A stretch of DNA of 64,000 bases. Source: Raillietiella orientalis. Taxonomy: Eukaryota. The stretch covers positions 868,001 to 932,000 of the forward strand of contig JAYWIR010000055.1 in the NCBI GenBank assembly GCA_036172245.1, written 5' to 3'. Below, in pieces: positions 59,700 to 64,000 of the stretch (its first letter is position 1; every line of letters begins with the position of its first letter). The notes below the pieces were generated by a model. That model was not told where the DNA came from, made no database searches, and saw only the letters and a program-made list of their open reading frames with translations. A program made the translations under genes and the position numbers.

Positions 59700-61150
59700 C
59701 ATTCTTTCTTTAGAATATCTATGTAGTTTTGACAAGTGTGATGATCAGAAATGTTTATGTCCATGATGCTTTTTTTAAAATCCATGATACACACCATTCT
59801 ATAGCAGCACTTCTGCAGTTCTTCAGGTAGTGTTTGAAATACAGATATATTTGTAACTCTAAAGTCATAGATTCTGGCTTCCTTTGTTGTAAGGATCAAT
59901 CAATACTGTAGGTATTGATTCATTAAATTTTTACTTTCATGATATCTCTGAAGTGATTGCAGTCATGCTACAAATCGGCAATAACAGCTTACAAGCAGTT
60001 TTCATGCTTTCTACAATGCTTTTGATAGTCGAGAATCGAAGACTCATTGCTTCATGCTTCAAGGAACTCTTTGCAAGTTTTCATCAGGATAAATGCTTCC
60101 TTTATCTAACCCTTGTTTGCCTGTTGATTGCAGCAGTAAAGCCTAGGTCATCATAGCTTAGTAGATGCTTTCCCTTATGTCTTCAGTGTGAATCCCAGTT
60201 TCAAGGTAAGTGTTTTCTATAAGAACAAAATACACAGTTCCAAGTCTTACATGGTATGTCAGTCACTATGTTACTTCAACTCTTTAGCCATTTTGAAACA
60301 CAACTCGAGAAGTCTTGCAAATCCATGCTTATGCTCTTTGAAAAACAACTTACTTTCTTGCATATCACAGTTTTTCATTTGGATTCCTGTGCAGCTTTTT
60401 TTGGGTGGTACTTATGTTTCTTAACATACTAAAAATTGGTGTTCAGACTTTTCTGAAATGTTTCAGGTTGCTTTCGTATTTGCAACTCGCTTTGTGAATG
60501 CGAAAGTGATGTTCAGAAAAATATTCTTTATGATGATTTACTGACTAGAGGTTTGGTAGGCTGTGTGCATTCAGTTTTCAGTGATGCAAACCATCCGCTA
60601 CGTTGCAGCCACATAGTTTCGTGAATTTGCAAAGGCGTTGCATCATGAATGCATGCCAAAAGTGCTTCGTGTCTTCTAAATAAGTGATGTGTAACAGCTT
60701 TTGCGTTTCATGGAACTGTGTTGAACTGTGGAACAGTGATCTGGAAAACGTTCACATATCTCGTTTAAAGGTTTTGTATTTGCATTGTACATGGCAACTA
60801 AGTAGCAACGTACGCATTTGAAAAGTACTAGATTTGAATTCTTAACTTGATTTTTAACTTTCATTGATTGTGTAATATAAGGAAGGAATGTTTGTGAAAT
60901 TCATCTATTTGGTTCCTACATTTCTATACAATTAGAATTGATGAGTTCCCTGAATACGTTTCGCATATAGTACACAAACATTGACTTCATGCATAGTGAA
61001 CTGCGTGGTTGGTTCAGTGATACTTCGTTTAGATTTCTGGAAATCTCGGAAACGTGGTTTCTGAATAGTCTTTTGCCAATATCCGAACCCTTTCCTTTGA
61101 ATGTATGGTGGAGTTCCTCAGAGATAACGATTTGCAATCAATTTATACCA
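59700..61150 (-). mobile_element. decayed pogo/Tigger-like transposase
   Basis: Ordered minus-strand fragments GSDIGKRLFRNHVSEISRN (HTH), CNVADGL (NxDETGL), AWI...SKWLK (KAWM...WL), YFVLIEN (LLLLDN), LQSTGKQG (LQPxDQG). Confidence 0.45.
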
Positions 61151-61920
61151 GAATGCTTCACATTCTCAGTGCTTGAAGATAATTCTAGGGGACTCGTGGT
61201 TGCATTTTGCTAAGTCTTGCTTCGGTTTTGTATGTATTCTCTAACAGCAGTGATAATTCGTTTGGATCCTTCAACTTCATTGTCAGGCCATCAGATTTCC
61301 AGAAGATTGCAGGGCGATTTTTTTTTATTTAACATCAGTTTCCATATGCTCCAGTGATTTCTGGGCTCATGGATAGCAATGGAGCTCATGAAAATCGGTA
61401 TCTCAATTTTGGAGGATTTACATTTATGATGAAAGTCGTGGTAATTTCATTCTCATTGGTGAAATTCATTGTCTTCCTGGCAATTCAATGATTTTTTAAT
61501 TCCTCAAAGCTATCTTAGAGATAGATTACATTAATCTGCTTTGTACTTACTACTTCACGTAAAAGCCGAGTACCGGGCAACCAGAGAATGTGTGGGTGGG
61601 GAGGGCATCAGAGTTTTCTGTGAATTGAAATTGCGGACTTAATGATATGAATGTTCCCTTAGTGGACTAATCCACTTTTATCAATGCAACGACATAGGTC
61701 CCAGAATTGAATGTGCCATCGCAAAGCCTTTAGCAATAATACGTTGTCATGTACAAGAAAGATAACCTCTACCTCCCTGTTTATAATTAATAAAAATGTA
61801 TCCTTCATTGCATCACAATTCGAAAACAAAACCATTACAAGCAACTAGGCATCCGATAGTGCAAACAAAAGGGAAAACTAAATGGTGATTGCATACTTTC
61901 TCGTAGGACTGCTGCATCCA

Positions 61921-61956
61921 TCCTCTGAGTAATCCTGATCAGGATTACTCAGAGGA
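61921..61956. repeat. perfect 36-bp spacer-less palindrome
   Basis: tcctctgagtaatcctga|tcaggattactcagagga; all 18 pairs checked as complementary. Confidence 0.97.
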
Positions 61957-62399
61957 GACAATTGCAAAACAAGACCAACAAACAAGAGTGAAATTTCCCA
62001 AAAAGTCCTCAGAAGATTACGTTAGCATTCAATGTAAACAGCAACGCAAGTAGGCAGACCTGGACAAAGTACTGTTGTTGATCATTCTAACTTATATGAC
62101 CAAGTGCTCTTCGAGAGTGTCTTTCAAAAACTCGCGCCATATCTGCAGCAGCTTACATGCAAACAAACAACTTGAATCACGCGACCAAGCACAGGAACAT
62201 ATCCCCATTCCATGCGTATTTTGTGGACATCTTTTGGTCATCCAGGGAGCCATTATGGTTGCGACTGGTCGGGTAATGTTCCTTAAAAGTGCAGCAAGAG
62301 CAAACGCTTGCTATTCCGAAACAGTAGGTGTTGTCTCAATGTCAACTTTCTTAAATGGGTTTTATTCTCAGCCGTGTGTTGCATGTTTTGGTAGCGTGC

Positions 62400-63800
62400 T
62401 TTGTATATAACGAAATCCGAAGAAATTGGAATTACTAGTTTCAATTCAGCGGCTCTGGCTTTCCAACCATTATGATCTTAGCTGTTCCTTTATCAGTGTA
62501 AAAGTCGAAGGCGTATTGCAACCGTGCCTTGCTGTTCCGGACAAGTAGGACTTCATTATCTTATCGTAGTAAAATTTTATAGGGTAGTCTGAGTGGAGTC
62601 GAAATCAACGAATGTCATTAAAGTCGTCAAGCTGGCTTCGTCGAGGCTCCATCCTTCATTAGAAAATGATACAATAGTGGAACCAAACGTTCTACGTTCT
62701 GGTCGTAGCTTCTGATTGTTAGGTAGGAGACTACAGCCAAGCCTGATGATGACACTAGCATTCTAGCAGTCGTACTATATTAGTGATGTATATACACAGC
62801 GAAACATCTGTAATACTGTCAATCGGAACAGGCATCATTAAGTTTTGATGCACTGTTTAGCATTGTATGGTGTAGGCAAGTAGGCAATCAACCTACTCAC
62901 TTCTGCTCCTATCCGCAAACACTAAGTTCCTAGCCTTGCCCAGGTAGAGAACAATGATGTGATACTTTATGGTTGTCCTCATCCGATTTCGCCTTTCTCT
63001 TGTTAATTGAATGAGTACATTTGAACGCATCGTTAGTTACGATCTGGCGATCTGGTTCTCCATTTTGCCTACGACACAAATTATTAGAGGGCTTCCTCAC
63101 TTTTTGAAAATGAGAAGCCACTTTACGAATCCTAAGCTGATTTTTCTCAAGCTGTTGTCTGCATGTACGCAACTACACGCACTTGCAGACCCTCTTCTTC
63201 CGGGATGTTGTAAGTATTCTAGTTCTTCATGAAGTCAAGCTGACCAATGTACACTATATCAACGGTATTTAGATTAAAAGCACTTTCTTTTTCATGTATG
63301 TCTATTTTAAGAGTCCTTTTGCCTGTGCCTTCTTTTTATCAAAGATTTACAAGTGATGCATTTGAAAGCTCTTCTCAAGCGTTGGTAACATGGCACGAGG
63401 AAGGACTTTCCACACTGGCCAGTGGCATGCTGGTCTCCTCTGAATCCGTAAAGGAAGACGTAAAATCAAAGTGATAACGTACTGCTGCAGGTCATTGCTA
63501 GTGTATTTCGGGTTTCGCTGCTCGCGAACAGTCGGCACTGCAGCTCTTCGAGCTTTGTGACAATTCATAGCATCAAACCATTATGGCAATCTGGAACTAG
63601 GACAAGAAAAAAATTCGGTGGTGAACACAAAGAGTTAAAGGATGAAGCGTGTTGGCAGCAAGAATTGGGAGTATCGCTCAGGCAAGGGGAAAAAGAAGGT
63701 ACGGGGATAGCACAAAAACTCAAGACGCTTGCTTGAGACGGGGTGACATGCACGTGACCTTACCTCTTTCACAGATCAAAACACACGGACTTGCAAATAG
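62400..63800 (-). mobile_element. decayed RTE-clade LINE RT
   Basis: TLEKSF (DLEKAF), QQLEKNQLRI (LExxGLxI), DAFKCTHSI...DED (FKYLGSxI...DED), VPLLYH (PxLLYG), DKIMKSYL (DKIRNEYI), in order on the minus strand. Confidence 0.6.
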
Positions 63801-64000
63801 CTTGCTTGTGAGGTACCGTCGGGTTTTAAAGTAGAGTAGCCAATTGTGCATCTAGGCGTGGTATGTTGGTTTGGCATGGCGCTTCTGTACCAGTAATGAA
63901 AATCTGCAAACATCCAAGTTGGATGCCATCACGTTGACAACCGTGATGGTGTCCGGCTTACACTGGGTGATTCCAAACGAAGGTGTTTTTTTCTAACTCG

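Noticed and set aside
57419..60545. C/D-box snoRNAs suggested by RTGATGA words (near 57419, 59738, 60530)
   Set aside because: No CTGA D box at a plausible distance with a terminal stem was seen.
1..64000. Prokaryotic system (operon, CRISPR array, defence island, phage)
   Set aside because: No gene-dense organisation, ribosome-binding-site pattern or regularly spaced repeat-spacer array. Spliceosomal introns, SINEs and LINE fossils indicate an animal genome.

Overview
This is eukaryotic, intron-rich, repeat-dense DNA, most likely from an arthropod (inferred from the gene family). It is not prokaryotic, and almost all of the supplied six-frame ORFs are spurious products of GC-rich sequence. 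One protein-coding gene can be assembled from GT-AG exons with consistent phases. It is a + strand Dpr-family (defective proboscis extension response-like) two-Ig-domain, probably GPI-anchored cell-recognition protein: join(20756-20840, 26514-26692, 43904-44065, 44126-44263, 46322-46532, 46646-46761), 296 aa, with a 17.2-kb intron splitting Ig1. The rest is intergenic or intronic DNA full of old transposable elements. These include at least 9 copies of a ~750-800 bp tRNA-headed, A-tailed SINE whose body carries repeated C(UUCG)G hairpin motifs, a second dispersed repeat, and a MITE-like inverted-repeat element. There are also heavily decayed fossils of RTE- and CR1-like LINEs and of Tigger/pogo and Tc1/mariner transposases. 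Base composition shifts from strongly GC-rich (left) to AT-rich (beyond ~50 kb). All alignments and motif matches were made by eye, so TE boundaries are approximate and family calls need database confirmation. I did not find a clearly new multi-gene system. The best leads are the structured SINE, the atypical Dpr binding face, an intronic P3 homeodomain site and the compositional transition.
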